Origin: Trypanosoma brucei
Lineage: Eukaryota
DNA: 64,000 bases
Reading direction: 5' to 3'
NCBI GenBank assembly: GCA_000002445.1
Contig: CP000068.1
Span: 1,248,001 to 1,312,000, forward strand
A program made the position numbers and the translations under genes. The notes below the pieces were generated by a model, which was not told the DNA's origin, ran no database searches, and saw only the letters and a program-made list of their open reading frames with translations. Below, one piece after another: positions 43,690 to 55,262 of this stretch (position 1 is its first letter; every line of letters starts with the position of its first letter).

Positions 43690-44320
43690 CTTTCTTTGTC
43701 ACTGAGCCGAAAGGTAACCTCTTTCCTTTTGTACGCCCTCCACAATGTAAATAATTTTAACAATAAATGCATGAATGCGTGTATACATGTGATCAAAACA
43801 AAGGAGCAGCACAGTGATGGCAACTGTTTAAAGTAGGTAAATTAAATGACGGAATGAAAGTGAACACCGTAACAGGCAAAGCGACATAGTAGTGACTGTT
43901 GTACTGAGAGAAAAAGGGCAGGTGTCGATATTCCGATATTCGTGCCACTCCATACAGGAGGCGTACGAATATCTTCACATAAACATACGACGCACAACGA
44001 GGACCGTGCATAACGTGTTTTGCAGCTAAATAGAGAGAGAATAAAAATAAAACAAAAACTCTCAAACAATGCAGTGAAACGTTAAGTCAAAACCCGAAAA
44101 AAAAAAAGGAAGAAACAAAAAGAAAACGGTGTAAAGATGATACAGAAACGATCACCAGTCCCACGTAAAGATTTTGGTCCCACGTAAAGATTTTGCCACA
44201 ATGCGACAATGTGAAACAAAAAAATAATAATAGTAATAATAAGTCTTTGGGTCTGAGATACAAAACACTTCCCTCCACTCCCCCTCCTCAGTAGTACCGT
44301 GTGCTTCCGATATGTTGGGT

Positions 44321-45640
44321 TCACGCCACCTCGCCCGCAATCAACAAACCGGGAGACTCGAGGCAACGCTTAAATGCATTACTGAATCGCACGAGTGTCG
44401 CCCCGTCAATAACACGGTGGTCAGCTGTCCATGACATTGCGAGGATATTTGCCCTTACAACATTTCCACTCGCGTCAAAGCGGGGTAACTGTTGTATTCG
44501 TCCAATGGCACCAATTGCAACTTGAGGTGGATTAAGCATCGGCGTGGCATATATTGCTCCAATGGGGCCGATGTTGCTCAACGTAAAAGTGCCGTCCTTC
44601 ATGCGGTCGGGAGGTATTTGACTCTTACGGCCCAATGTCACTAACTCATTCACTTCGTGCACAAGTTCAGCCACACTTTTCTGCTGAACATCTCGCACAA
44701 CGGGGACAACGAGACCTTTCGGTGTGTCCATCGCAAAACCAATATGATGCGCCTTCTTCACAAAAAGTTTATCGCACTCTGAAGAAACATGTGCATTTAA
44801 TTCTGGGTATTGCAATAGCGACTGTGAGGCAGCTTTGATGAAAAGAGGCATGAGCGACACCTTGCTCCCATCACGTACACCTTCACTTGATGAATTCAAT
44901 GCATCGCGTAGAATATGCTGAAAGTTTAAAAGCTGCGACACCTCTACCTCATCACAAGCCGTAAAACTGGGAACACTTCCCGCCTTCGTCATGCTTGAAA
45001 CCATGGCCTTCCTAAGACCGGTATCAAGTCTCACCACAACATCGTCATTATAGCAAGACTTTCCAGCATATGAAAGAACATCCTCCCGAAGCACACGTCC
45101 ATCTTTACCTGTGCCCTTCACATCTGTAATATTCACTCCGCGGCTGCGAGCGAATTCCCTCACCGCCGGTGTGGCCAAAACTTTTGTAAAATCCTTGGAA
45201 ATTTCTGTAGTACAATCAGCTGCACACGAATCGCCTTCTTCCGCCACAGGCACTCCTCCATTGTTAAATTGGTCACTTACATTGCAATCAACAGTACCAC
45301 ACGAAGGCTTTTGAGTTTCATCCGTATCATTAACCTCAATATCAACAATGGGCTCACCAACGTGTGCCTTTTCTCCAGCTTCGATGTGGACGGTAGTAAT
45401 CACACCAGCATACCTGGAGGTAATCTCCACTGTTGCCTTGTCACTTTGCACCTCACATATTTTCTCAAATTCCCCAATCCTGTCACCGGGTTTCACGTAG
45501 AGAGTCACAACTTCAACCTCTTTGATGCCTTCACCAATATCAGCCAATTTGTATGGAATCGTGCGCCCGCATCGTGAGCGAGTGATTTGAATGAAGCGCG
45601 CACCCTGAACCTGACGGCACATGTACATAAACGATCTCAT
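44321..45640 (-). CDS. Dihydrolipoamide branched-chain transacylase (E2 of branched-chain 2-oxoacid dehydrogenase), mitochondrial.
   Basis: Lipoyl domain with the lipoyl-lysine context CEVQSDKATVEITSRYAGVI. E3-binding domain (ATPAVREFARSRGVNITDVKGTGKDGRVLREDV). Catalytic 2-oxoacid dehydrogenase acyltransferase domain with DHRVIDGA. Basic presequence-like N-terminus. Confidence 0.85.
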   Translation of the reverse strand: MRSFMYMCRQVQGARFIQITRSRCGRTIPYKLADIGEGIKEVEVVTLYVKPGDRIGEFEKICEVQSDKATVEITSRYAGVITTVHIEAGEKAHVGEPIVDIEVNDTDETQKPSCGTVDCNVSDQFNNGGVPVAEEGDSCAADCTTEISKDFTKVLATPAVREFARSRGVNITDVKGTGKDGRVLREDVLSYAGKSCYNDDVVVRLDTGLRKAMVSSMTKAGSVPSFTACDEVEVSQLLNFQHILRDALNSSSEGVRDGSKVSLMPLFIKAASQSLLQYPELNAHVSSECDKLFVKKAHHIGFAMDTPKGLVVPVVRDVQQKSVAELVHEVNELVTLGRKSQIPPDRMKDGTFTLSNIGPIGAIYATPMLNPPQVAIGAIGRIQQLPRFDASGNVVRANILAMSWTADHRVIDGATLVRFSNAFKRCLESPGLLIAGEVA

Positions 45641-46152
45641 CTGAAGTCTTCAAAAACTTGCTATCAAAACAGTGCAGCCATACGGAAAATAACACATCCG
45701 CACACCAGCGTTAATAATATGAAAAAAGGTAGAAAAAAAAAAAGAAAAGAGAAACATACAAAAAAAAAAATGTGACACATAATGATAGATTCATATGAGT
45801 CAGGATATAACAACAAAACACAAACTGAACACAGAGTCATCGACCTACTTTTAGAGTGACAGCGGTCCATGATGGCGCACATCCTCATCAAAAAAAAAAA
45901 GAAGGAGAAGTGAAGAGAAAATAGAAAAGAAAAAAAAAGAAACATTTCGAATAAACAAAACGACTGCACCGATGATCGACTCCTCCCCCTATCATTAGTG
46001 ACATCTACGTTTGGATATATCGTCTACACAATATGTAATTGCATGTAATATGGTGACCTAATTCTATGCGAGAAAAATACTAAGAAATAACATGTGCATG
46101 GAAAGTATTTGTACGGCCTGGATAATGGTAGGAAAATACCTTATCCAATATG

Positions 46153-46188
46153 CACACACACACACACACATACACAGAGAGAGAGAGG
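46153..46188. repeat. Compound (CA)9...(GA)7 microsatellite, intergenic.
   Basis: cacacacacacacacacatacacagagagagagagag, between the BCKDH-E2 and coiled-coil genes. Confidence 0.9.
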
Positions 46189-46272
46189 GAGAACAAATTA
46201 TCCGTCGTCAACTAACAGAAACTTTCGACGCCTCCCAACTCCACCTCCTTGTGTATTTTTTTCTGTTTTTTT

Positions 46273-48030
46273 CTATAACTCTGAGTGCAGTCGCAACTTC
46301 ATTCTTAAAAGTGCTGCCTTCAGCTGCTCTGCAGTCATGGTCGGGTGAGTTCGTGTGTAGGCGGAAGACGCGGAACTGAAACCGGCGTCACGACTCTTGA
46401 AACTCACATCACTGGTGCCTTCGCTAGACATATTTTTGTAGTCCTCGCTGGGGAAATCACCGCCGCCTCCCTCGCGTCGTGGTGGAGTGCTGATAGAACT
46501 CATGGAACTAACAGTTACATTAGTTTGAGATGGAGGGCCTTGAGGATTGTTTGATGGGGGCACTTCACCCATCGCTCGTTCCAACCTCGCTTGCAGTAAC
46601 TTGAGGTTAGTGAGAAATTGCTCACGCCGCTCACTTCTCTCCTCTATTTTGTTTGTGCTATCGGTGGAACCCGTGTGAGTGCTGCTGTTGTCATCATCAC
46701 ATGCGCTGTGATCACAAATGGATGTTGGATGGGGTGGAACTTCTTCTGACGCCTTTAAGGGATGAAGTAACGGTGGTTCCCCTCCGCTTGTTGGAGTCAC
46801 GGCATGCGACTCAACTTCCACATCATCAGTAGCTGCAGCTGCCCTTAAAACATGGTCCCCGCTATCTCTCTTTGTTGCATGAAAACCGGAGGAAAGTTCA
46901 CCACTTTGCTCAGGATCCTCATCAGCAAATACGCACAGAGATGTTGTCGGCAACTGCGCAACAATATCCGCATCCGTGGGAAGGAGAGAGGATATCGTTG
47001 AAAGCTGCAGCAACCGCTCGAATGTATTGAAGGAGACTGAGTCTTCAAGTTGTCTCGGCTTAGCCTCAGTGCCTAGCGTATCACGAAGGAATATTGCCTC
47101 AAATTCCGCTTCCCCTTTTGATTTAAGTGCAACCGATCGCCGAGTGTCTTGCATCCGAGTACACACCTCTTCTGTCCTGGGCCCCTCAGTAGCATGCTGC
47201 TTTAAAGCTAACAAGTTTTTCTCTCGACGCCGCATTTCCTCCTCCGCATGTTTGGACTCCTCCTCCTGTTTTCGCTTCAACGACGCCGCTCGCTCCGCTG
47301 CCTCCCGCCGCTTTCGTTCCACCGACTCATGATTCGACTCAATCGCGCGCTGTCGTTCCTCAAGGTAGTGAGCGGCAGCAGCAGCGGCGTCTTCAACAAT
47401 ATCCTCGCGTGCTGGCCACTCAACAGTATTTGTTGGCTGTTCCATACGCGTTTTCCCCTTACGCAAACGTGTTGGCATGGTTTGAGGGTATGCTCCCGCA
47501 AGAGGTGACGGGCGAGCAACATCATCACCAGTGAAACCAGGCACGGAGCGTTTCTCCCGCTTTGAAACGATAACTTTTGCACGAGCCTCTTCAGCTGCAC
47601 GCACAGCTTTTTTGCGCTCTATAATGCGTCGCTGTGGTTCCTGTTGGAGGGCCCGGGTAACAGATGCCTTTTCCAGTGCTAATTTGTGTCTTTCCCTCTC
47701 CAGTGCATATTCAGCTCCCCATGCACTAAGTTCATTAATTGCCTGTTCGTGCTGGTGTGCCTCCAAGTTAGCAGCCCCTTTCATGCCTTCACCCTGCCGC
47801 GCATGTGCTTCATAAAGCATACGATCAATAAGATCAGACTCACGTTGCCGCTCTAACAGCCATTGCGTGCGCAGGTCCTTCATAATGCAACGGGCCTGTT
47901 CACGCTTCTGAGCGGCGTACGTCCGGGCCCGCTGCACGCCAATTTGATTGGCAATACGACGCGCCTCTTCTAAGCGCGCACGTCGCGCCTCTGCTTCTTC
48001 TTTACTGCGTAAATAGCGCAGCGTCACCAT
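46273..48030 (-). CDS. Coiled-coil protein (hypothetical), Glu/Arg/Ala-rich.
   Basis: Long charged heptad-like N-terminal half (EEAEARRARLEEARR..., KAVRAAEEARAKV...) with a Ser/Thr/Pro-rich C-terminus. The track ORF starts at 48123, but the first 31 codons are encoded by a T-tract and Cys/Phe junk, so MVTLRYLRSKEE at 48030 is preferred. Confidence 0.5.
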   Translation of the reverse strand: MVTLRYLRSKEEAEARRARLEEARRIANQIGVQRARTYAAQKREQARCIMKDLRTQWLLERQRESDLIDRMLYEAHARQGEGMKGAANLEAHQHEQAINELSAWGAEYALERERHKLALEKASVTRALQQEPQRRIIERKKAVRAAEEARAKVIVSKREKRSVPGFTGDDVARPSPLAGAYPQTMPTRLRKGKTRMEQPTNTVEWPAREDIVEDAAAAAAHYLEERQRAIESNHESVERKRREAAERAASLKRKQEEESKHAEEEMRRREKNLLALKQHATEGPRTEEVCTRMQDTRRSVALKSKGEAEFEAIFLRDTLGTEAKPRQLEDSVSFNTFERLLQLSTISSLLPTDADIVAQLPTTSLCVFADEDPEQSGELSSGFHATKRDSGDHVLRAAAATDDVEVESHAVTPTSGGEPPLLHPLKASEEVPPHPTSICDHSACDDDNSSTHTGSTDSTNKIEERSERREQFLTNLKLLQARLERAMGEVPPSNNPQGPPSQTNVTVSSMSSISTPPRREGGGGDFPSEDYKNMSSEGTSDVSFKSRDAGFSSASSAYTRTHPTMTAEQLKAALLRMKLRLHSEL

Positions 48031-49354
48031 TTTTTCTTCTTTTTTTTTTTGGTCCCTATAACTAAAGGTGAGAACGCAACACACCAAAGGAATTAGTAAG
48101 AACCCGTGACAAGGGCAAAACATACATTTAAGAACATGTGAATATGCATAACAAGGCGGGAACGAACAACAACATGATTAGGAGAAGGAAAAAAGAAGAA
48201 AAAAAAACACCGAAACCGCACACCAGAAACTTAAACAACGAGAGTCATAAGAATCATATCAAAAAGAACCCTATGAACAAACGCTGTGCCTCTGGAAGGG
48301 AAAGACACGTCGACGGGTCCAACCGCAAACATTCAAAACATCAGCAACACAAAACCAGAGGAAGAAAAAAATTGAAGTGCAACAAAAATAAACACTTGAG
48401 GAATCAAACAATCATAAAAACAAACAAATTGCAAAGACACCCCTAAATTGTCTTATGCAATGGAGGCCGCCAGTGCAAGTAGAGACAAATGCACTAAAAA
48501 GTCATCTTTACTGAGTCATGATTGAAACAAGAAAAAGAGAAAAAAAAAAAGAAAGTAATAAGAAAAAAAACAGATTAGTTCGTGCGTCCAAACACCGAAG
48601 CAGCCTCAAATGGGCAACTCACGATGAGTCAGCACTTGTGCCCCTCTTATTGGAGTGTGCGCCATGCATCTTTAAGGTAAACCTCACACAAAAAATTTTC
48701 ATGATCCCAAAGTTTCCCCCACACATCGAACACCCACACGCAAACTTTCTCTTTTCTTCCTTTCCAACATGCGACAATTTATCAACAACAATCCAATCAT
48801 GTTACGGTTCCCAGTCGACAAAAATGCAGAAAATACAAATTTTCCTCTCCATATATCGCAACGCTTCGCATTATTTCCCAACTTACGACAAGAATAAATA
48901 ATTTCACACACACACTCATTCCGTAAATGAGCACTAACCGGATCCAATACTTTCTCCCCCCCCCCTTCTTAATAAAGTCACTCCACTGCACGAGCCTGTA
49001 TTACACGACCGCATCTATGGGACGGGCATCGTCACCAACATTCACTTACAAAAACAACACACACAAAAAAAAAATTAAAAAAAGAGTCGTGCCTCAATAA
49101 TCTTCCAACACCTCTTCCCCCCTTCAGTCACTGCCGTACGAAATGTATTATAGAACACCTGAAAGAACAGAGCAGAAACCCTCAACATCAACTCTGCATG
49201 TATATACATGTATGTATATGAATACGTACATTTGCGTATGTGTATGTGTTTATGCGTATCTCTCTCCTCTCTCCTTCCCCCTTCCCTCACCTTCCTTCTC
49301 CCTTTCCGTATAAAATTCAAGTAACAGCATGGACAGTTTGAAGAGAGAGAGAAA

Positions 49355-49867
49355 TTATATGGAAGACCTTGTTTTCAAAAATGCCTTAGCCATGGGGATC
49401 GCCACCTTCGATACCGCAACAAAAATATGTTGCTTTTCTTTCGGGCAACGTTCGATTATCTCATCAATCGGCAGCCATTCCACATGGGAGAACTCCTGCT
49501 TTGCAACACTTCCCTTTGGTGGCACTAAACGGACCCTTTGAATAGTGCTGGAGGGCGTGTAAAATAAAAAAAGTCGTTGCTGTTGGCCCACGTATCCAAA
49601 ATGACGCAAATTTGCACCTTCATGGAGTATGTAACGAAACTCGTGTGGATCCCCACTTGGCGGCATAATTTCACCAATAAGTCGTAAATCCTCTGGAAAA
49701 AGTCCGACCTCCTCATGCACTTCACGATATGCTGCTCGAATAATATCGGCATCCCCTTCCTCAACACCGCCCTGTACAAATTGGAACTTATCCTCATGAA
49801 TTCGCTGGCAGGCGAGAAAGTTAAGATCTTCGTTGAATATTACCACACATACATTTTTTCGGTACAT
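49355..49867 (-). CDS. Nudix hydrolase (170 aa).
   Basis: Nudix box GGVEEGDADIIRAAYREVHEEVGL (G.5E.7REV.EE.G). The track ORF (to 50080) has a 71-codon Tyr/Phe/Pro low-complexity leader derived from an A/G-rich tract, so the start is placed at MYRKNVCVV (49867). Confidence 0.75.
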   Translation of the reverse strand: MYRKNVCVVIFNEDLNFLACQRIHEDKFQFVQGGVEEGDADIIRAAYREVHEEVGLFPEDLRLIGEIMPPSGDPHEFRYILHEGANLRHFGYVGQQQRLFLFYTPSSTIQRVRLVPPKGSVAKQEFSHVEWLPIDEIIERCPKEKQHIFVAVSKVAIPMAKAFLKTRSSI

Positions 49868-50270
49868 CAGCACGCCCTTTAAAAAACAATCTGAAGAAGC
49901 GCGAATGTGCGCATCAAACGGAGGAAGGGGATACGGAGGGCGAAAAAAAAAAAAATAACCGCAATCATAATTATTATACAAGTAAAAGAAATAACAAATA
50001 ATATTGATGGTAATAATAAATTGCAGACAAATGAATGGAAAAGGATAGAAGTAAAAAATAGAAGGAGGTATAATACGCAAAAAAGTGAATCATTGGCAAG
50101 AATAGCCGGTGGAAAGACATGGTGCAACTGCACAAGTGGCACCGCCCGCAGCCGTAATGCAGCAATTACCTACATGCATACGAGCGTTAAGTGGGAATTT
50201 GTTTTGAGGATTGCGCACGTAAATCATCATGTAAAGAGGTACCGTTGCGCCGCATGTGTATTAATGTCAC

Positions 50271-51239
50271 TCACCCCTCCGCTGGAAATGAAAGCGCTCG
50301 ATAATAACGCCGCTTATATTCAAGTGACTGAATGACTGCATCGGCTTGGGGCGATGTCGGGCCACTTTTTGATGCTGCGAGCGCAGTTAAGCCCTCCAGT
50401 CGCCGTTGAGCGCTAAATTCATCGTTAACCCCTTCACTCACCAGCGGCAGCCACCGCCCATACGTCTCTGCAGGATTTTTACGCACCCACGGCACAATGA
50501 GCCGACTCTCCATTAATTGTTCCATCATAAACTCAGCAAGAGGAACGGCATCAGTAAATGTTACGAAACCACGCGGGTCCGTAGGCGACTCCCGCTCTTT
50601 CAGTATCCGATGAATAACACAAAAGAAATCACGCGTCACAAGCCGTTGATGGCTGCTCTGCTCCGACCAAAAGGGTACTGGCATGGGAACAACACATGTG
50701 TCCGCTACGGATGGTGGCAAAAGTTGTTGTAACAAAAAAAAGGCATCACTACGAACAAATTGCGTGCGTGGGCCAAACTCCGGCACTAATGACTCGGCAG
50801 CTGTTAATAACCTCGATAACATGCGGTCCATAATGAGAAAACTGTACTCATCCCCCATTGAGAGCAACCGCCGGAGGTAAGCAGTACTTTGGCAACCAAT
50901 AATAACAACTTGACGTGGTGCGGCTTGTGCCCATGAATTCACCACATGATGCCGAAAATCGTCTTTAACATGTTCCACAAGCAGCGCTCGCACATTTGAT
51001 CTGTGAATACCACTTGTGGGCGGTAAAACCGATAGGTGAAATGAGGGGAAATGTACCGGAGTCTCTGGTATTTGTGCAGTTGAAGCAACAATATCGCCCT
51101 CATTAATATCATTTGCAGTTCCGTTACGATGACATGCAGCTTCCGCCAGCTCCTCCTTCTGCTGATCGGGTGATGTGTGGCGCACCACAAATACTAATTT
51201 AGGCATTAGTAGCCGCGCCTTGAACGAATATGAAAACAT
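50271..51239 (-). CDS. Putative SAM-dependent methyltransferase-like protein (weak TrmB/METTL1-like motif).
   Basis: The track ORF 50271..51590 begins with ~117 codons of hydrophobic low-complexity (UTR-like), so the probable start is MFSYSFK (51239) or MPKLVFVV (51206). Segment VVPMPVPFWSEQSSHQRLVTRDFF loosely resembles the TrmB PDPW..KRHHKRR motif. The fold assignment is tentative. Confidence 0.35.
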   Translation of the reverse strand: MFSYSFKARLLMPKLVFVVRHTSPDQQKEELAEAACHRNGTANDINEGDIVASTAQIPETPVHFPSFHLSVLPPTSGIHRSNVRALLVEHVKDDFRHHVVNSWAQAAPRQVVIIGCQSTAYLRRLLSMGDEYSFLIMDRMLSRLLTAAESLVPEFGPRTQFVRSDAFFLLQQLLPPSVADTCVVPMPVPFWSEQSSHQRLVTRDFFCVIHRILKERESPTDPRGFVTFTDAVPLAEFMMEQLMESRLIVPWVRKNPAETYGRWLPLVSEGVNDEFSAQRRLEGLTALAASKSGPTSPQADAVIQSLEYKRRYYRALSFPAEG

Positions 51240-51538
51240 CAGAAGTGGATCTATGCTAAATATAAAGTTGGGGTGTACAAAATAAAACAAAAAACAAGAA
51301 AACAATGAAGTAAAGTAGGTAGAGTAACAAAAGGAAAAAAAAAAAAGACATGCGTCAAACAACAGCAAGCGAATATACACATCAACGTGCCGGCAGTTGG
51401 AAGGCAGAAAAAAAAAGGGGGAGAGAGAGTCGTATCCTTCACGGTTCATACCGCCTGAAACTGTATGGGTTAAACTTATAAACCAGTATGTCTCAAGCAA
51501 TTGAGGAAAAAAGAAAGAAAGAAAACGGCTTTCATTAA

Positions 51539-51913
51539 TTAACATGGCTTCATCGGGTTGCGTACCGGACGTAATCGAGACCGCGCCCACATTTGCAGTT
51601 CCGCATCGGATAAGTTCAGCAGCTGCTGATATTGTCGCCTCCGCATTTCCAAACCTCTTCCGTAGCGGGTTCTGTAATATTTACTCGCCCTTTGCGCTTG
51701 AAGTAAATCCTGTTTTGCCTTATCACAACGTGCTGGCAGTTGCTGAAGAAAAACAGTTAATTCATTGTCCCGATCATTCACACGACCCTGCGGAAGAACT
51801 TCCCGCATGACTTGACGCGTGGGTTTCACATCCGGCACTGCAATACGCTGATGACAAAATGGTGTCAAAAGAAGAGCGCGTCCAGATGTTAAGGACGATA
51901 CGAGAGGCGACAT
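51539..51913 (-). CDS. Small hypothetical protein (124 aa), basic.
   Basis: Minus-strand ORF with balanced composition (MSPLVSSLTSGRALLLTPFCHQRIAVPDVKPTRQVMREV...). It overlaps only the junk 5' leader of the previous ORF, and a purine-rich (+ strand) tract lies just upstream. It could be a genuine small gene or a uORF-like artefact. Confidence 0.3.
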   Translation of the reverse strand: MSPLVSSLTSGRALLLTPFCHQRIAVPDVKPTRQVMREVLPQGRVNDRDNELTVFLQQLPARCDKAKQDLLQAQRASKYYRTRYGRGLEMRRRQYQQLLNLSDAELQMWARSRLRPVRNPMKPC

Positions 51914-54900
51914 AACTAATTAAAATGAATTAGCAAACGAATACGAGGGGGAAAAAAATTAATGCAACACGAAAACAAACAAAAAAAAAAACACACACAC
52001 ACACACAGGCACACAAAAAAAAAAAAAGTACACCTAAACTGTCACACAATAACGTAAATAGTCAGGTGAGGAGATAGCTACAGTAACAACAATAACAAAA
52101 AAAAACAGTGTAAATAATAATTATTATTACTATTACTTACTATTACTACAAAACGATAAAAGCACTACTAATCCGCCTTTTCACTTTAATTTGTTTTTGA
52201 GCGGCACAACCTAAATGAGATAAAATATATTTTTAAAAAAAAATAAAAAAAGTAAAGGGAGAAAAAGGAAGGAAAGGGGCGAAGAATACAGCGAAGGATG
52301 AAGAATGAAACGCAAATAACATATAAGGAATCTGAAGGAGAATATTTGCAATGGAAATATTGAATAAAGGCAACCAGTGCATATGGAGCAACTTTGAATG
52401 GCCGCTACCCGAAAAAGGGGGACATCATCTCTCAAGTTTCATGTAAACAAGAGGGAAGAACAGACGGAGATACACCACAATAACAGAGAAAAGAAACGAA
52501 AAAAAAAAGAGCGAGGGAAACAGTAAATAAATAAGAAAAAGAAAAAGAAAGAGAAAGAAAGATGGAAGAAGATTGAGAAGCAGCAGTCACCACAGGTAAT
52601 ACTGTAAGCTCTCCAACGGGTAAGGAGAGGGGAAAAAAAAAGAAATGATATGATATGAAAAAGAAAAAGAAAAAGAAAAAACTACATCAAAAGCAAAAAT
52701 AATTTTTTCCTTTTCTTCGGTCAACATAGAATCGAAAGACTTGTAAACAATAGAGTGGGGAAAAAGGGGGGAAAAGGGCTCTTTCCTCAGTGGACACAAT
52801 AAGGGAGATGAAAAGAAGAAAAGGGGGAAATACAAAAAAAAAAGGAAAAAAGAGGGGGAAAGTACGAAGAAAGATGGAAACAAATATTTTTATTAAAAAA
52901 AAAAAGAGCGAAAGCAGGGACGGGAACAAGTTACTGAAATAATAGTGAAAGTGCTGATAAAGCAATAAAGAAAGAAAGTGACAATAATTGAAGGTTGTAG
53001 AGCCCGAAAAGGATGAAAAAGATAAACTTCCTATTTTACGCGGCGTTCGCCAAGGCTAAACACAAACAAAAAAAAGTAGTAATTTTTTTACATTTTCAGA
53101 AGGGGGGAAAATAAAAAGAAAAAAACAACTAAAAGAAAAAGATGAAGGCAGCGTCACCACCCCAAACGAAACATACGACGGTTTATTTGATTTAGTGACA
53201 GAACTCAAACTTACCTTTCGTTTTCGTATCCTTCTCCCTAAGCCGACAGCGCCGTATAATTTCTTCAATAAATATTTTGCATTTGTTTGCATTGGATTTA
53301 ATTTTAGTTGGTGCTGTTGTTTTGATGTTGTTGTTGTTGTTGTTTTTTTGTCTTTCGCTTTTAAATTCGTTTTGAACCTCCCTCCTTCCTTTTATGTACT
53401 TGTTTGCTCAATTCTCTGATGCCTTTTTTTTTTCTTCCTTTTTCGCTGTCTCTACCAATTGCCTCTTTTTTTTTGTTTATCTTTCATTGCATTCATTCAC
53501 ATGTCTGTCCCTTCTTTCAGCATTAACTTTATCCCTCTCTCGTGTTTTTCCTTCTCTTTCTTTTTTTTAAAAAAAGGGGGAAAAAATATTTGTTTCGTCC
53601 CCTTTTTATAATAAAAATATTCTCCAGCACAAACCCAACTTTCTTCTGCCTTCTGCCTTCCGTCTTTCCTGATCTGATCTGATCTGAATGTGATTTGTAT
53701 AATGTTTTGCAGTTTGTTTGTTTTTTGTTTGTTTGTTTGCTTGTTTTTTTATTCTATTTTATTTTATCTGTTTTATTTATTGTGCTCGATTTGTTTGCTC
53801 ACACATTCACTCGTCAAAATATACATATCAATGTGAATATATGAATACGTTACGTATGTTTATATATAAATAAATATAAATATAAACAGATGTATGCTTG
53901 TTTGTGTTTGTGCTACACAACATAATGCGTTAATATGTGCCCCTCCCCCTCTTTCTCTCTCCTTCTCTTTCCCATCCCCACGCCTTTTTTATTTATTATT
54001 TATTTTTTTATTTGGGGGGGGAGGGCTTCTTTTTATATTTATTTTTTTAACTTTTGCATCTACTTTCCTCATGTTTAACATCCTCCTTCTTTCCCCAACC
54101 TCTTCTACTTGACTCATTATCTTATTGACTTCGTTTCTTTGTTGTTGTTTTTTCTTCTTTCGTTTTTCCTGTTTTTTACAAACTTTCCTTCTTCTCCTTT
54201 TTTAAAGAAAAAAAAGGAAATTGTTTTTGCTTTTGCTTCCGGGTTCTTTCTTATTGGTCTTTTTTTTTCTTTTAGTTCTCTCTTTATATACACCCCGAGT
54301 AGACAACACAATTAAAACCATACGCGGAAGGAAATCGCTGGAATATTTCAGGTATATCTAACTCGGAGGGAAAAAAAAAAAACAAAACAGAGACAGCGCG
54401 AGAGGTGGACGCTCTCACAAAATAAATAAATTATTTAAAAAAAAAATATATATATATATATAGGATATGCCTCACAAATTTAAAAAAAAGAAAGGAGAAA
54501 CGAAAACAAACTGAACACGACCACATGTGGACGCCAGCTCACTGAGGGAAATAACAATAATAATAATAATAAGATAAAAAGAAAAAAAAGAAAAAAAAGA
54601 AAAAAAGAAAAAAAAGAAAACCATAAAACGAAGGCCACACATGTAAAACATCCCCTGCACAACACCGTCTGCTTCCTGTCACATCTTCCTCCTTTTCTTT
54701 TCTTTTCTTTTTCTTTAAAAAAGGAATTTCTTCATCATGTCTATTTATTGCTCTGTTTAAATGCATGATGCGTCACAAACACACACAAATACGCACGCAT
54801 TTAAAGTCACCAAAAGCTCAACACAACAGAGAAAAAATGCAGAATGGGCGTCCAACAGAAAAACGGTAGCAAACACACAAGGAATAAGTACCCTCATTTC

Positions 54901-55262
54901 TTTTTTTTTTAATTTATTTTCCTCCTCCCTCCCTCCCTTTTCTGTTTCCTCTCTCGACCCTATTCAAACATTTACCATTATAGACACTCCTGACACTTTG
55001 CAAACAATTTCTTTCCTGAATCCCTTCTTCCCTTCCGCATCGTCCCTTCTTTTCTCTTCTCTCCTTTTCTTTCCTTTTCTCTCCTTTTCTTTCCCTTGCC
55101 TACACAAGTTCGTTGTTTGTTCTTTTTCACTAAAACCGACATTTCCTTAACATTTTTTCCCCCTCCCCACACCCCATACCCCACAAGCATCATCACACTT
55201 CCATTTTTTTTTATTTCAATTCCTTTCATTTCATTTCATTTCATTTCCCTTACATCTACACG
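51914..55262. other. 3.3-kb ORF-free low-complexity intergenic region with a strand-composition flip at ~53.1 kb.
   Basis: 51.95-53.1 kb is purine-rich on the + strand (a/g homopolymers: aaaaagaaaaagaaagagaaag..., ggggaaaagggg). 53.2-55.25 kb is pyrimidine-rich on the + strand ((ttg)n, tttgtttgtttg, gatctgatctgatctga, tttcatttcatttcatttc, cttttcttttc). Only short low-complexity ORFs are present. Confidence 0.8.

Noticed and set aside
49868-50080. Tyr/Phe/Pro-rich 71-codon N-terminal extension of the Nudix ORF (MRIIPPSIFYFYPFPF...).
   Set aside because: It is encoded by an A/G-rich (+ strand) tract that is the polypyrimidine splice-acceptor region on the transcribed strand. The start was moved to the internal Met at 49867.
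51240-51590. 117-codon hydrophobic leader on the methyltransferase-like ORF (…FFFLPSNCRHVDVYIRLLLFDACLFFFSF…).
   Set aside because: It is a low-complexity translation of a homopolymer-rich UTR. It is more parsimonious as 5'UTR, and it overlaps the separate small ORF 51539..51913.
52587-55229. Numerous 60-130-aa ORFs on both strands within the low-complexity gap (e.g. 54761..55150 +, 54539..54766 -).
   Set aside because: Their sequences are poly-Phe/Leu/Ser/Lys translations of homopolymer and microsatellite DNA. There is no evidence of coding potential.
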